DNA from: Candidatus Parcubacteria bacterium
GTDB lineage: Bacteria > Patescibacteriota > Minisyncoccia > UBA6257 > 2-01-FULL-56-20
Length of the DNA stretch: 64,000 nt
Assembly: GCA_027450205.1 (NCBI GenBank)
Contig: DAIDJL010000004.1
Location: 204,413 to 268,412, forward strand
Reading direction: 5' to 3'
Positions 28,112 through 38,164 of the stretch are shown here, one piece after another. Made by a program: the position numbers and the translations under genes. The notes below the pieces were generated by a model. That model was given only the letters and a program-made list of their open reading frames with translations. It was not told the origin of the DNA and ran no database searches. Numbering within the stretch: the stretch's first letter is position 1; every line of letters begins with the position of its first letter.

Positions 28112-29620
28112 TTATTCCGCGATCACGCGGTGTTCGGTGGTGGCCGCTTCGCGCGGCACGTTGATGAGAAGCGCGGTAAAGGATCCAAGCATCACGATGA
28201 TGGCCGCTACCTCGAAGACGGTGGCATATCCCGCCACCTGCGCCTTAAGGATGATGAGGCTTGAAAATTGCTGCATCAGCCGCACGCCGGAGCCGTTCAG
28301 AAAGCTTTGCCGGGCGATCGAGAGCACGTTCCCGTTGATGGAATTGTCGAGCAGTGTGCTGAAGATCGCCACGCCGAACGCGCCGGAAATGTTACGCACA
28401 AGCGCGAGCACCGCCGACGCTTCGCCGATCTCTTCATGCGGCACGACGACCGCCACCAGGTTGGTGCGCTGGGCCATGCCGAATCCGAGCGAGAACGCCA
28501 TGATGGACATCGGGATCATGATATCGAGCGCCGTTGAACGCGGATCGATGTACGAAAGCAGAAAGATCCCGGCGCCGCAAAAGAGGGTGCTGAAAAATAT
28601 CACATAACTTGGTTTCACTTTGCCGATCAGCCGTCCGCCGATCGGCGCGGCCACCATGAGCGAGATCGCAAGCGGGATAAAGAGGTATCCCGTCTGTGTA
28701 GCATCATATCCCAAGAACGTCTCGGCAAAGATCGGAATGAGGAAGATCGCGCCGATCAGCGCCATGAAAACGATGAAATTGTTGAGGAGGGTGTATACGA
28801 ATGTGGGTATCTTGAAGAATTTGAAGTCCACGATCGGCTCATCCTGCCGCACCTCGATCATATAGAAGAGAACGCTGAAAATGATCGTGCCGATATAGCA
28901 CGCGATGCTCGACGCGGACGTCCATCCCCATGTCTGCCCCTGGTCCAGTACGAGCGTAAGCGTAAAGAGTGCAGCACCGAGCGAGGATGCTCCCCACCAA
29001 TCGAACTTGGCGCTCCGCTTCTCCCCCACTGATTCGTCTATGAACGTAAGCGCGAGGAAAAGCCCGATAATGCCGAGCGGGATGTTGATGAAGAACACCG
29101 AGCGCCAGTTGAAATTATCAATGAGCGGGCCGCCAATGAGCGGGCCGAACACCGACGCGGCGGCGAACGCCGACGACCAGATGCCGAGCGCCTGCGCGCG
29201 TTCTTTCATGTCACGGAACGTGATCGCGATGATGGCCATTGCCGTCGGATAGTCCGCCGATACGGCGAATCCCTGGATGACGCGAAACACGATCATGGAC
29301 GGCAGATCCCACGCGATCATGCAGAGCGCCGACGCGACGATGAAGCCGATGAAGCCGATCAGATATATTTTTTTGCGTCCGGCCGTATCTCCCAGCTTTC
29401 CCCATACCGGCACGAACACCGCGTTCGCCAGAATATACGCCGTGGAGATCCACGCCGCATCCGTCACGCTGATACCGAAATCGCCGATGATCTTCGGCAA
29501 TGCAAGATTGACCACCGTCTGGTCAAGGCGGCCAAGGAACGTGCCGAAGATGACGGTGCCGAGCACCCACCACCGGAGATTGCTATTGTCTTTTTTTGTT
29601 TCTTCCGTTATTTCTGCCAC
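28112..29620 (-). CDS. MFS transporter, DHA2 (EmrB/QacA-like 14-TM drug:H+ antiporter)
   Basis: The MFS signature GRLGDTAGRKK is present and the protein is ~500 aa. Confidence 0.85.
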   Translation of the reverse strand: MAEITEETKKDNSNLRWWVLGTVIFGTFLGRLDQTVVNLALPKIIGDFGISVTDAAWISTAYILANAVFVPVWGKLGDTAGRKKIYLIGFIGFIVASALCMIAWDLPSMIVFRVIQGFAVSADYPTAMAIIAITFRDMKERAQALGIWSSAFAAASVFGPLIGGPLIDNFNWRSVFFINIPLGIIGLFLALTFIDESVGEKRSAKFDWWGASSLGAALFTLTLVLDQGQTWGWTSASSIACYIGTIIFSVLFYMIEVRQDEPIVDFKFFKIPTFVYTLLNNFIVFMALIGAIFLIPIFAETFLGYDATQTGYLFIPLAISLMVAAPIGGRLIGKVKPSYVIFFSTLFCGAGIFLLSYIDPRSTALDIMIPMSIMAFSLGFGMAQRTNLVAVVVPHEEIGEASAVLALVRNISGAFGVAIFSTLLDNSINGNVLSIARQSFLNGSGVRLMQQFSSLIILKAQVAGYATVFEVAAIIVMLGSFTALLINVPREAATTEHRVIAE

Positions 29621-29632
29621 GATCCATTTTTA

Positions 29633-30271
29633 TTATTGAGTATATACCCATATTCTCGCGGACATCCCGTTTTTTAATTGCGGATATTCCGCCGGGTCGA
29701 AGCGCACGTAGACGGAGAATTGGTTGGTCGGCCGCTGGTCGGAAATATTGAACACCATATCGCTCTGGTTGGACGTCGGCGCGATCTCATCCACAACGCC
29801 CTTGAACTGCTGGCCGCCGAATGCATCCACGGTGAACATCGCCGGATCTCCGACTTTAACATTGTTCAATCCCTTGTTCTCGTCCAGGCTGCCCACCACG
29901 CGGAGCTGGGTAGGATCGATCATCGTCGCCACCGTCCCTGCGCCGGTCATCGTGTTCATATATTGGCCGATGTTATCGTTCGTCGCGACGATCTCGCCGG
30001 CAGTCTGCGCTTCCACCACCTGGTTGCCCACAAGCGCGATCGGTTCGTTTGCCGTCACCATGTCGCCCGGGTTCACATACATCGCCTGGAGCACGCCCGA
30101 AGTCGTCGGCGAAAGATTGATGAGCGGCGCCTGGATCTGCGACAGGTCAATATAGACCGTCTTTGAATTGACGTACCAATACAACCCGCCGCCCGCGCCA
30201 CCGACGACAACGAGCGCGACGATCACCCACAGCATAAGATTTCCCCGATTTTCTTTTTTTTCTTCAGGCAT
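29633..30271 (-). CDS. HlyD-family secretion/efflux membrane fusion protein (short)
   Basis: It has an N-terminal TM and a beta-barrel/lipoyl-like region. Confidence 0.6.
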   Translation of the reverse strand: MPEEKKENRGNLMLWVIVALVVVGGAGGGLYWYVNSKTVYIDLSQIQAPLINLSPTTSGVLQAMYVNPGDMVTANEPIALVGNQVVEAQTAGEIVATNDNIGQYMNTMTGAGTVATMIDPTQLRVVGSLDENKGLNNVKVGDPAMFTVDAFGGQQFKGVVDEIAPTSNQSDMVFNISDQRPTNQFSVYVRFDPAEYPQLKNGMSARIWVYTQ

Positions 30272-30282
30272 GGTAATGGCAG

Positions 30283-31791
30283 TTAAAAACTGTTGATAGT
30301 GTCCCCGACGCTCAATCCCGACGTGATCTCCGTGGTGCTCGCGCCGACAAGCCCGATCTGCACCGGCTGGCGGTCCACTACACCGCCCTTTTGCATAAGC
30401 ACAAAATAGCTGCCTTTGTCGTTGATCACCAGATCACTCGGTACCGCAATGACGTCATCGTGCTCCGCCTCGATGATATGGACATTTCCCGTCATGCCGT
30501 CCTTGATCTGCGCGGTGGAACCCGTAAAGTGGAGCGTCACAAGGTATGCCGCGGCGCCGTTCACCTGCGTCTGCGCCGCGTCCACGGTCGTGACCGTCGC
30601 AGGAAATGCCGTTCCCGTACCAAATGCGTCGAGTGTTACGGTCGCCGGGTCGCCCGGCTTTACCTTTGCCACATCCTTTTCCGAAACATACGCCTCGATC
30701 TTAAGACCGCTGTTATTAACGAGCGTCGCGATCGGCACGCCGGGTGATACCACTTGTCCCACCTGCGCAGTCAGGTCCTGCACGGTCCCGGAAAACGGCG
30801 CCACGAGCGAGGCGTGATCGAGCGCCACCTGCGCGCTCGTCACCGCCGCCTGCGCCTGGGCTACCACCGCTTCCTGCGCCTGGATGGCCTGCGGCGTGGA
30901 TCCGGCCTGCGCAAGCGCAAGCGCATTCTGTGCCGCCGTGAGCGCCGATCGATCGCCGGAGATGGCGCTTACCGACGCCTGTATCTCGGTCCGCGCAGTC
31001 GCCACGTCCGCCTTGTACGCCGCGATCGTTGCCGCGGTCAGCTGACCGCCCGGCGTTGCTTCGTTCACGGTGAGCGAAATCTGGTCGATATACGATTCGA
31101 TCTGCTGCAGATTTGCGGATGCTGTATCCGCGAGCGTCGCCGGATCGAATCCGGTGCTTGTGGCCGAAAGCGCTCCATACCACTGCGCAAGCGCAGCGCC
31201 GATCTGCAGCCGCTCGCTCGCGATGTCATTGATAAGCTGGGAATCGCTGTTCGGCACGAGGAACGTCGGATTATTCGTTCGCGTATTCGCAAAAAGATTG
31301 TCGAGCTGGTTACGCACCGCGTCATCGGACGCGCTGTACGCGTTCTGTACGGCGATGCCGAGCGTCTGATCGGCGCTCGATACGGCGCTCTCGTCTATCG
31401 TCAACTGCTGCGGGCGAGTGCCGCTCTGCAGGAGCGCCAGCTGGGCCTGCGCACCGGCGAGCGCGGCGTTCGCCTGCTGCACCGACGCATTCAGCTGCGC
31501 CGAATCAAGATCGGCAAGCACCGTCCCGGCAGCGATCTGACTGCCTTCACTTACGTACACATGGGCGATCTGCCCGGATTCCTGGAATGACACTGCGGCG
31601 TTCGCCTCCGCAGCCACCGTACCTGCCTCATCCACCGACGCAATGACATTTCCTTTTGCTACCGCCACACTGCCGAACGCCGGCGGATTCGCCGTGCCGA
31701 TATACCAATAGGCGCCTCCGATCGCGGCAAGCGCCACGATGACACCGATCGCAATATAATATTTCGTAAAAAGATGTTTTATGCGCGCCAT
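30283..31791 (-). CDS. Efflux periplasmic adaptor (membrane fusion protein) with an extended coiled coil
   Basis: It has an N-terminal TM, a long Ala/Gln-rich coiled coil and C-terminal beta domains. Confidence 0.65.
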   Translation of the reverse strand: MARIKHLFTKYYIAIGVIVALAAIGGAYWYIGTANPPAFGSVAVAKGNVIASVDEAGTVAAEANAAVSFQESGQIAHVYVSEGSQIAAGTVLADLDSAQLNASVQQANAALAGAQAQLALLQSGTRPQQLTIDESAVSSADQTLGIAVQNAYSASDDAVRNQLDNLFANTRTNNPTFLVPNSDSQLINDIASERLQIGAALAQWYGALSATSTGFDPATLADTASANLQQIESYIDQISLTVNEATPGGQLTAATIAAYKADVATARTEIQASVSAISGDRSALTAAQNALALAQAGSTPQAIQAQEAVVAQAQAAVTSAQVALDHASLVAPFSGTVQDLTAQVGQVVSPGVPIATLVNNSGLKIEAYVSEKDVAKVKPGDPATVTLDAFGTGTAFPATVTTVDAAQTQVNGAAAYLVTLHFTGSTAQIKDGMTGNVHIIEAEHDDVIAVPSDLVINDKGSYFVLMQKGGVVDRQPVQIGLVGASTTEITSGLSVGDTINSF

Positions 31792-31802
31792 AACAATGAT
31801 GA

Positions 31803-32234
31803 TTATGAATTATTTTTGACGATCTTCTTAAGTACGCTGACAAAATGCGTGCGCTCCGCGGGGGTAAGGACGCCGAAGATCCGCTTCATCTCCTTTATTT
31901 TCTGCGTGATCCCGCGCTCGAGCAGCTGCTTTCCCCTTGGCGTGATCGCCACACGTACCGAGCGCCGGTCCTTCGGGTCAAGCACGCGGGCAAGCAGTTT
32001 TGCCTTTACGAGACCGTCGATCATGAGCGTGGCCGCAGGCGGCGTCACATGGAACGTCTTTGCGATCTCCCGCATATGCGGCCTGCCGTTATCCTTGACA
32101 TACTTGAGCGTCTCGAACTCCAGGAGCGTGCACTGCTGCTTGCTCACATTCCGGTGCATCCGGTCACGCATGATCCGCCCCATGATGAACATGTGCGATA
32201 CCAGCTCCTCCATTGTTGCCTGTTTTGATGCCAT
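31803..32234 (-). CDS. MarR-family transcriptional regulator
   Basis: It has a winged HTH with RRSVRVAITPRGKQL. It is the first gene of the efflux operon. Confidence 0.85.
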   Translation of the reverse strand: MASKQATMEELVSHMFIMGRIMRDRMHRNVSKQQCTLLEFETLKYVKDNGRPHMREIAKTFHVTPPAATLMIDGLVKAKLLARVLDPKDRRSVRVAITPRGKQLLERGITQKIKEMKRIFGVLTPAERTHFVSVLKKIVKNNS

Positions 32235-32370
32235 GCGCAGGTATACTATGACGTTATATTTGGAATATATAACTATTAGGTTACTTAACTATTTTAGCGC
32301 GAGAGGAGCCGGGCGTCAACTGGGGATAACGGCGAACCTACTCTCTGCGTGCGCCGGAACTGCAAGATTT

Positions 32371-34299
32371 TTAATTCCCTCCGAACTTTGCTTCCTTCAC
32401 CAGCCCCTCCACGAGCAGATCCACGTCAATGGATGCCACGCCTACCACCTTGTCCGCCCCGCCGTAGTAAACATACAGCTGGTGCCGCAGGATGACGGCA
32501 CCGCACGGAAAGACGACATTACTGACGATCCCCTGCCGCTCGTATGCAGGCGTGGGTTCGAGCAATGGGTCGTGCGTACGATATAAGATCTTTGATGGAT
32601 CCTTGAGGTCGAGCAGCGCCGCGCGGACGTTGTAATGGTTGGTGCGCTTGGAAATGCCGTGATACAAGAGAAGCCAGCCATACTTTGTTTCTATCGGCGG
32701 ACCGGAAATGCCGATACGTTTGGAATCCCACGCGGTGTCGCGCGGACGCATGAGCACTTCGCCCTTGAGAAATTTTCCGTCTTTGAACTCAAGGTCGTCC
32801 ACGCGATCGATCCAAATCTCCGAGCCGAGCCGATGCAGGAACACGTATTTTCCGCCGATCTTACGCGGAAATACCGCCGCATCCTTGTCGTCCATGTTCG
32901 GCGGCGAGATCAGGATCGGCGGCGCCCATTGCCATCGGTGCGCAAGAAAATCGTCCACCGCGATGGATGTGAATGCGACGCGCGGCGGATCTTTGCCGTC
33001 GTACGCGGTGTAGCACATATAGATACGGTCGCCGATGCGCGTAATGCGCGGATCCTCGCAGCCGGAGTTGCCGCCCGGCACTTTCTTTTGCTCAAAATCG
33101 GCACGCGGCGCATAGATCGGCTCCGACAGGCGTTCGCTCACGTCCACGCCATCCGGCGATGACGCATAACCGATCACCGACGTGTTATCCCCCGACATTG
33201 CGCGATACAAAATATGGACCTTGCCGCCCTCGTAAATTGCCGCGGGATTGAATGTCGCAAGTGATTCCCACGCATGTTCCGAGATCGGCGTAATGATCGG
33301 GTTGCCCTCAAAGCGCCGCAGTTGCCGGCGTGCGGTGAACACCAATTGCTCCAATAAATCTTTTTTCTTGAACGTCGCCACGCACGATGTCGTGTCCGCC
33401 GCGCCGTAATATACGTGCACGTCGGGACCTTTCATGAGCGCGCCGGACGGGAAAACGACATGCGGCACGCGACCGTAGAATTCGTATTCTTCCTGTGGCA
33501 CGATGAACGGCCGCTTCACTTCACCGACGATCTTTCTCGGATCCTTGAGATCAAGTAAAGCCGCCTGAATGCCAAAGATCGGCGGCGGCGTGAAATAGTT
33601 ATAAATATATGAATAGAAGATAAGCCAGCCGTCTTTGGTTTTGAGCGGTGCGGAGCCGACCTCCACCTGGTCCGATTGCTCGTTTTGCTCTATCGGCAAT
33701 TCATGTTCGGCAAAATGCGCATACCATTCGTCCCAATATTCCTTTGACCATATCTGCTCGATGCTGTCGAAAAGGGCGAGGCAGATCTTTGCCGGCGGCC
33801 GGTCGGTGTTCACCGTGAGGAGCGCGGCGATCTTGCCGCTCACCCGTTCCGGAAAAAGCGCCATTGCCTTCGCGTTGAACGGCGTCACAAGATGCCGCTC
33901 GTCGATCGTCTTAAAATCCCTGGTGATGGCGACCGCCACCTTGATGCCATCGGCGGAAAATTCCCGGACGGCGGTATAGAAAATATAGTAACGGCCTTCG
34001 AATTCCGTAACGCGCGGATCCTCGCAGCCGTAACGCTCCCACTCCTCCATCGGCGCCACGAGCTGCGTACGTGCGCCGCCAAAGCGAACCGCGTTCTTTC
34101 CCGCAATATGGCCAATGGAAGATATCTCCACATCCATGCCGTTCACGTGCGTCTTCGCGCCGGCGGCGCGGAACAGCAAATGGATCATACCACCCTTATC
34201 CTCCACGACCGACGGATTGAACGCCGCCTCCGCTTCCCATGCCGCCGCAGTGTCCGGAATAAGTATCGGATTTTCGGGCGATCGCTTAGCGCCGGCCAT
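32371..34299 (-). CDS. Tandem two-domain GH130-family glycoside hydrolase/phosphorylase-like protein
   Basis: Motifs FNPS/FNPAA, GCEDPR(V/I)T and FP(S/C)GA are repeated twice within the protein. Confidence 0.7.
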   Translation of the reverse strand: MAGAKRSPENPILIPDTAAAWEAEAAFNPSVVEDKGGMIHLLFRAAGAKTHVNGMDVEISSIGHIAGKNAVRFGGARTQLVAPMEEWERYGCEDPRVTEFEGRYYIFYTAVREFSADGIKVAVAITRDFKTIDERHLVTPFNAKAMALFPERVSGKIAALLTVNTDRPPAKICLALFDSIEQIWSKEYWDEWYAHFAEHELPIEQNEQSDQVEVGSAPLKTKDGWLIFYSYIYNYFTPPPIFGIQAALLDLKDPRKIVGEVKRPFIVPQEEYEFYGRVPHVVFPSGALMKGPDVHVYYGAADTTSCVATFKKKDLLEQLVFTARRQLRRFEGNPIITPISEHAWESLATFNPAAIYEGGKVHILYRAMSGDNTSVIGYASSPDGVDVSERLSEPIYAPRADFEQKKVPGGNSGCEDPRITRIGDRIYMCYTAYDGKDPPRVAFTSIAVDDFLAHRWQWAPPILISPPNMDDKDAAVFPRKIGGKYVFLHRLGSEIWIDRVDDLEFKDGKFLKGEVLMRPRDTAWDSKRIGISGPPIETKYGWLLLYHGISKRTNHYNVRAALLDLKDPSKILYRTHDPLLEPTPAYERQGIVSNVVFPCGAVILRHQLYVYYGGADKVVGVASIDVDLLVEGLVKEAKFGGN

Positions 34300-35530
34300 T
34301 GGTCTTTGTGGCGTTCGATTTATTTTCCGGCGTGAGCCGCGGTTTGCCGTACATCTTCAGTTCATTCAAAAAAGTATCGAGGTTCGCCATCGCGACGCAT
34401 ACCACCGAATCCGCGCCGCCATAATAAACATATAATTCGCCGTCATTCACGACCGCCCCGCAGGAATAAATAACGCCCGATTTAAATCCATGGTTCTCAT
34501 AATAAAAGTCCGGTTCGAGGATCGGCGTGCGGGAGCGATAGAGCACTTTTGTGGGATCCTTGAGATCAAGGATCATCGCGCCAAGCTTGTACCGGTTCGG
34601 GTCGCGAAGGTCCATCGCGTGGTAAAGCAGCAGCCAGCCGTCTTTTGTTTTGAGCGGCGGCGGTCCCGCGCCGCGGATCCAGCTATCCCACGCCCCGGTG
34701 TTCGAAATGCGGCTGTATTTGCTTTTAATGACCGCCTCTCCTTCGTCAAAATCATCAAGGTCATCAAAATAATCCACGAGTATGTTCGGCGAGATACTGT
34801 GCAGGATCGCGAACTTGCCGTTGATTTTTTCCGGAAATAATACCCAGTTCTTATGGATCTCCCCTTTCGGCGAGATCATCGCCGGCTTCTTCCATTTCCA
34901 ATTTTTGTTCAAAAAATCCTCAAGGCCGATCGAAGAAAGCGCGATGCGGATGGAACCCCATCCGTCGAATGCGGTATAGGTAAGATAGACAGTGCCTTCG
35001 ATGAGCGTGAGGCGCGGGTCCTCGCAGCCGCCGTTCCATCCGCCGCCGGAAAAATACGCGGGCTCAAGCGGTTTTTGTTCTTCTTTCGGCGTAGCGGCCT
35101 TTGTCGTGACCGGCACGTACGCCGGTTCGTTCAATCGTTCCACGAACGAAATGCCGTCATCGCTTGACGCGTATCCCAGTACCGAAACGTCGTCGCCGCC
35201 AATGGCACGATACAGCAAATGCACGCGATGGTCGGCATAGATCGCGCCGGGGTTGAACGTGGCTTTCATCTCCCAATAATTGCCTTCGCGCGGTTCAATG
35301 ATCGGATTGCTTTCGTGGCGCCCAAGCTGATGCGGGCGCGGGCGCGAAACCATTGGCCGCGCGGCACGCACAGCGCGCAACAGTTTTTTGCTGCGCTGTG
35401 CACGGGTCAACGCAGCTCTCTTTGATGGGATCCTTTTTACCGGCCGCTTCTTTGCCGTCGCTATTTTTTTGCGTGATCGTTCGTTCTTCTGAAGCCCTTG
35501 CTTTTTTTTGATCGGTTTTTTTAACGGCAT
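34286..35530 (-). CDS. GH130-family glycoside hydrolase/phosphorylase-like protein. The annotated N-terminus is a ~70-aa Lys/Arg-rich tail, and the true start may be internal at MVSRPRP.
   Basis: FNPGAIY, GCEDPRLT and YSCGAV are present. There is a 14-nt overlap with the upstream paralogue. Confidence 0.7.
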   Translation of the reverse strand: MPLKKPIKKKQGLQKNERSRKKIATAKKRPVKRIPSKRAALTRAQRSKKLLRAVRAARPMVSRPRPHQLGRHESNPIIEPREGNYWEMKATFNPGAIYADHRVHLLYRAIGGDDVSVLGYASSDDGISFVERLNEPAYVPVTTKAATPKEEQKPLEPAYFSGGGWNGGCEDPRLTLIEGTVYLTYTAFDGWGSIRIALSSIGLEDFLNKNWKWKKPAMISPKGEIHKNWVLFPEKINGKFAILHSISPNILVDYFDDLDDFDEGEAVIKSKYSRISNTGAWDSWIRGAGPPPLKTKDGWLLLYHAMDLRDPNRYKLGAMILDLKDPTKVLYRSRTPILEPDFYYENHGFKSGVIYSCGAVVNDGELYVYYGGADSVVCVAMANLDTFLNELKMYGKPRLTPENKSNATKTNGRR

Positions 35531-35677
35531 CGTAAAAAATACCCGCCGAGAAACGCCTTAAAGGACCGGCCAGCGGCTCACGGCAAACTATACCCACAGT
35601 ATATAACGTTTTCACATCTGCATCGGTCGCGGCTGTGGATAACCATAAAAACCTCCGCTCCGCGGAGATTTTTATGA

Positions 35678-36130
35678 TCACTGCCCCGCACCGGCAGGTG
35701 CAGAGGCGCTGCTGCCGTATCCCCCTCCCGCGCTACCCGTCCTGACCTGGATCATCTGCGCGGTCACGCTGCCATCCGAATTGGTGGTTCCGCCGACCAC
35801 CACATCCGTTCCCGCCTTAAGAATGCTCGGGGAGACCGTCGTCGGTTCCGTCACCGGCGTGGAACTGGAGTAGAACACCACTTCCGAATTTCCATTCGCA
35901 AGCTGGAGGGTGATGCTCGTAGGGTCCACCGCTGTGATCTGTCCGGCTACCAGGCCGCCTCCGGACGTTCCACCTGCCAGCCTCCTGGGAGAGGAACCGA
36001 ACGCGCTGCCGGTGCCGGCATACGCCGACCTTGCATTGCTCACCGCGCCCGCCTTGCCCCAATAATATCCTCCGCCCAGTGCGCCGATCGCAATGATCGC
36101 CCAAATGATATGTATCGTATATTTTTTCAT
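35678..36130 (-). CDS. Hypothetical membrane-anchored Gly/Ser/Thr-rich protein
   Basis: It has an N-terminal TM. It is a paralogue in architecture of the 40022..40519 product. Confidence 0.4.
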   Translation of the reverse strand: MKKYTIHIIWAIIAIGALGGGYYWGKAGAVSNARSAYAGTGSAFGSSPRRLAGGTSGGGLVAGQITAVDPTSITLQLANGNSEVVFYSSSTPVTEPTTVSPSILKAGTDVVVGGTTNSDGSVTAQMIQVRTGSAGGGYGSSASAPAGAGQ

Positions 36131-36163
36131 AATGGTCTTTTTTAATGTTCTTTCAACGACCTT

Positions 36164-37411
36164 TTATTCGTACCGTAACGCCTCGATCGGGTTGAGGCCG
36201 GCAGCCCGCCGTGCCGGATAATATCCGAAGATGATCCCGATCGCCGCCGACACAAAGAACGCGAGGAGGATGTACGGAATGGAAACACTGGTGGCAATAC
36301 CGGTAACGAGGGATATGATGGCTGCGGCGAGCCACCCCAATACGATGCCGATCAATCCGCCGGTGAACGTGAGCATCACCGACTCCGCAAGGAACTGAAG
36401 CGTGATGTCCTGCTTTTTGGCGCCGATCGCCTTGCGCAAGCCGATCTCCCGCGTTCGCTCGGTGACGGTCGTGAGCATCATGTTCATGATGCCGATGCCG
36501 CCGACAAGAAGCGATATGGCGGCGATCGCGGCAAGGAGCGTGGTGAATGTGCCTGTCACGCTTGACGCGGTCGAGACGATGCTTGCCTGATTGAGCACGT
36601 TGAAGTCTGCCTGCGTTGGATCCGTAATATTATGGCGCTGCAACAATAATGCAGTGATATCGTTCTGCACCTGCGTCATCGCATCCTGCGTCGCTGCCTC
36701 AACGTCAACCTCCGTTAAATATGCGCTGCTTCCCAGGAGATAATGCTGTGCCGTAGAGAGAGGCACGTAGATCATGTCGTCCTGATTACTGAATCCGCTG
36801 CCGCCCTTTGCGACCGTGACGCCGATGACCGTGAATTCCGTCCCTTTGATCTGAATGGTCTTCCCGATCGCCATATCGGGCGTCGCGCTCGCGGTTGCGC
36901 TTGGCGCAAAAAGCGTCTGAAGCACCGTCGGGCCGATCACCGCCACACGGTTCGAAACGGCGTTGTCGGTATCGCTGAAGAAATTTCCCGTATCGATCGA
37001 AACGTTGCGGACCTGCTCATAGGCTGCCGTCGTTCCCAGCACGCTCGTATTGGTATTGTTCGCGCCATAGATCACCTGATATCGCCCGCTCACCTCCGGC
37101 GCCACCGCCGCCACGTTGCTTACCGATGATGCGATCGCGGCGGCGTCATCCGGCGTGAGCGTTTGCGAACTGCCGCCGGCGGAACGCACCGTTGTCCCGA
37201 ATCCTCTTGCCGCTCCCGGCAAGACCATCACGAGATTTGCACCAAGCGAATCGATGTTCGCCTGAATGGATGCCTGCGACCCCTGTCCGACGGCGACCAG
37301 CGCGATCACGGATGCGATGCCGATCACGATGCCGAGCATCGTCAAGCCGGACCGCACCTTGTTTACGGTCACCGCACTGTAGGTTTCTTCCAAAAGATCA
37401 CGTGTGGTCAT
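36164..37411 (-). CDS. ABC transporter permease (FtsX/MacB family)
   Basis: It has an N-terminal TM, a large periplasmic domain and 3 C-terminal TM segments (the FtsX fold). Confidence 0.85.
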   Translation of the reverse strand: MTTRDLLEETYSAVTVNKVRSGLTMLGIVIGIASVIALVAVGQGSQASIQANIDSLGANLVMVLPGAARGFGTTVRSAGGSSQTLTPDDAAAIASSVSNVAAVAPEVSGRYQVIYGANNTNTSVLGTTAAYEQVRNVSIDTGNFFSDTDNAVSNRVAVIGPTVLQTLFAPSATASATPDMAIGKTIQIKGTEFTVIGVTVAKGGSGFSNQDDMIYVPLSTAQHYLLGSSAYLTEVDVEAATQDAMTQVQNDITALLLQRHNITDPTQADFNVLNQASIVSTASSVTGTFTTLLAAIAAISLLVGGIGIMNMMLTTVTERTREIGLRKAIGAKKQDITLQFLAESVMLTFTGGLIGIVLGWLAAAIISLVTGIATSVSIPYILLAFFVSAAIGIIFGYYPARRAAGLNPIEALRYE

Positions 37412-38141
37412 GGGGAATGTCCTTTTCGTTCCTCGCCAGCAATTTCTTATGATTCCTCTCGTCAGTCACGATATTGCCGTCGAGAATATGGATGATGCGG
37501 TCCGCGTGCCGGGCGACATACGGTTCGTGCGTAATAAGCACGATCGTCTTTCCCTGCCCCATGTTGAGCGACTGGAAAGTGTGCAGCACGATCTCGCCGG
37601 TCTTTGAATCCAGATTGCCCGTCGGCTCGTCCGCAAGGATGAGCGCGTGATTGTTCACGAGCGACCGCGCGATCGCGACGCGCTGCATCATACCTCCCGA
37701 GATCTGGTTGGAATGATACGACCAGAACGCTTCAGGGAACGCCGCGTCGGTGAGCGCCTTCGCCGCGATCCTCTCGCGATCCTCCTTCGGCACATTCGCA
37801 TACACGAGCGGGAGGGAAACGTTACGCAATACGCTTGCGCGCGGAAGTAAATTGAATGCCTGAAAGACGAACCCGATCTTCTCGCGGCGGATGTCCGCAA
37901 GCTCTTCGTCGGATAACCGGGAGACATCCTTGCCGTCCAAAAAATATTCGCCGCCTGTTGGCGTATCGAGTGCGCCCAAAATATGCATAAGCGTGGATTT
38001 TCCGGAGCCGGACGGACCCATGATCGCCACAAACTCCCCTTCCTTAATGGAAAAGGTAATACCTTTAAGAACGGTCACTTCCGTATCTCCCGATCCATAC
38101 GCTTTTTTAATGTCCCTGCATACGATAATATCTTTTTCCAT
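37398..38141 (-). CDS. ABC transporter ATP-binding protein (MacB/LolD-like)
   Basis: GPSGSGKST, LSGGMMQRVAIAR and ILADEPTGNLD are present. Confidence 0.9.
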   Translation of the reverse strand: MEKDIIVCRDIKKAYGSGDTEVTVLKGITFSIKEGEFVAIMGPSGSGKSTLMHILGALDTPTGGEYFLDGKDVSRLSDEELADIRREKIGFVFQAFNLLPRASVLRNVSLPLVYANVPKEDRERIAAKALTDAAFPEAFWSYHSNQISGGMMQRVAIARSLVNNHALILADEPTGNLDSKTGEIVLHTFQSLNMGQGKTIVLITHEPYVARHADRIIHILDGNIVTDERNHKKLLARNEKDIPHDHT

Positions 38142-38164
38142 TCGTTGATCGTTATCCCCGTCGT

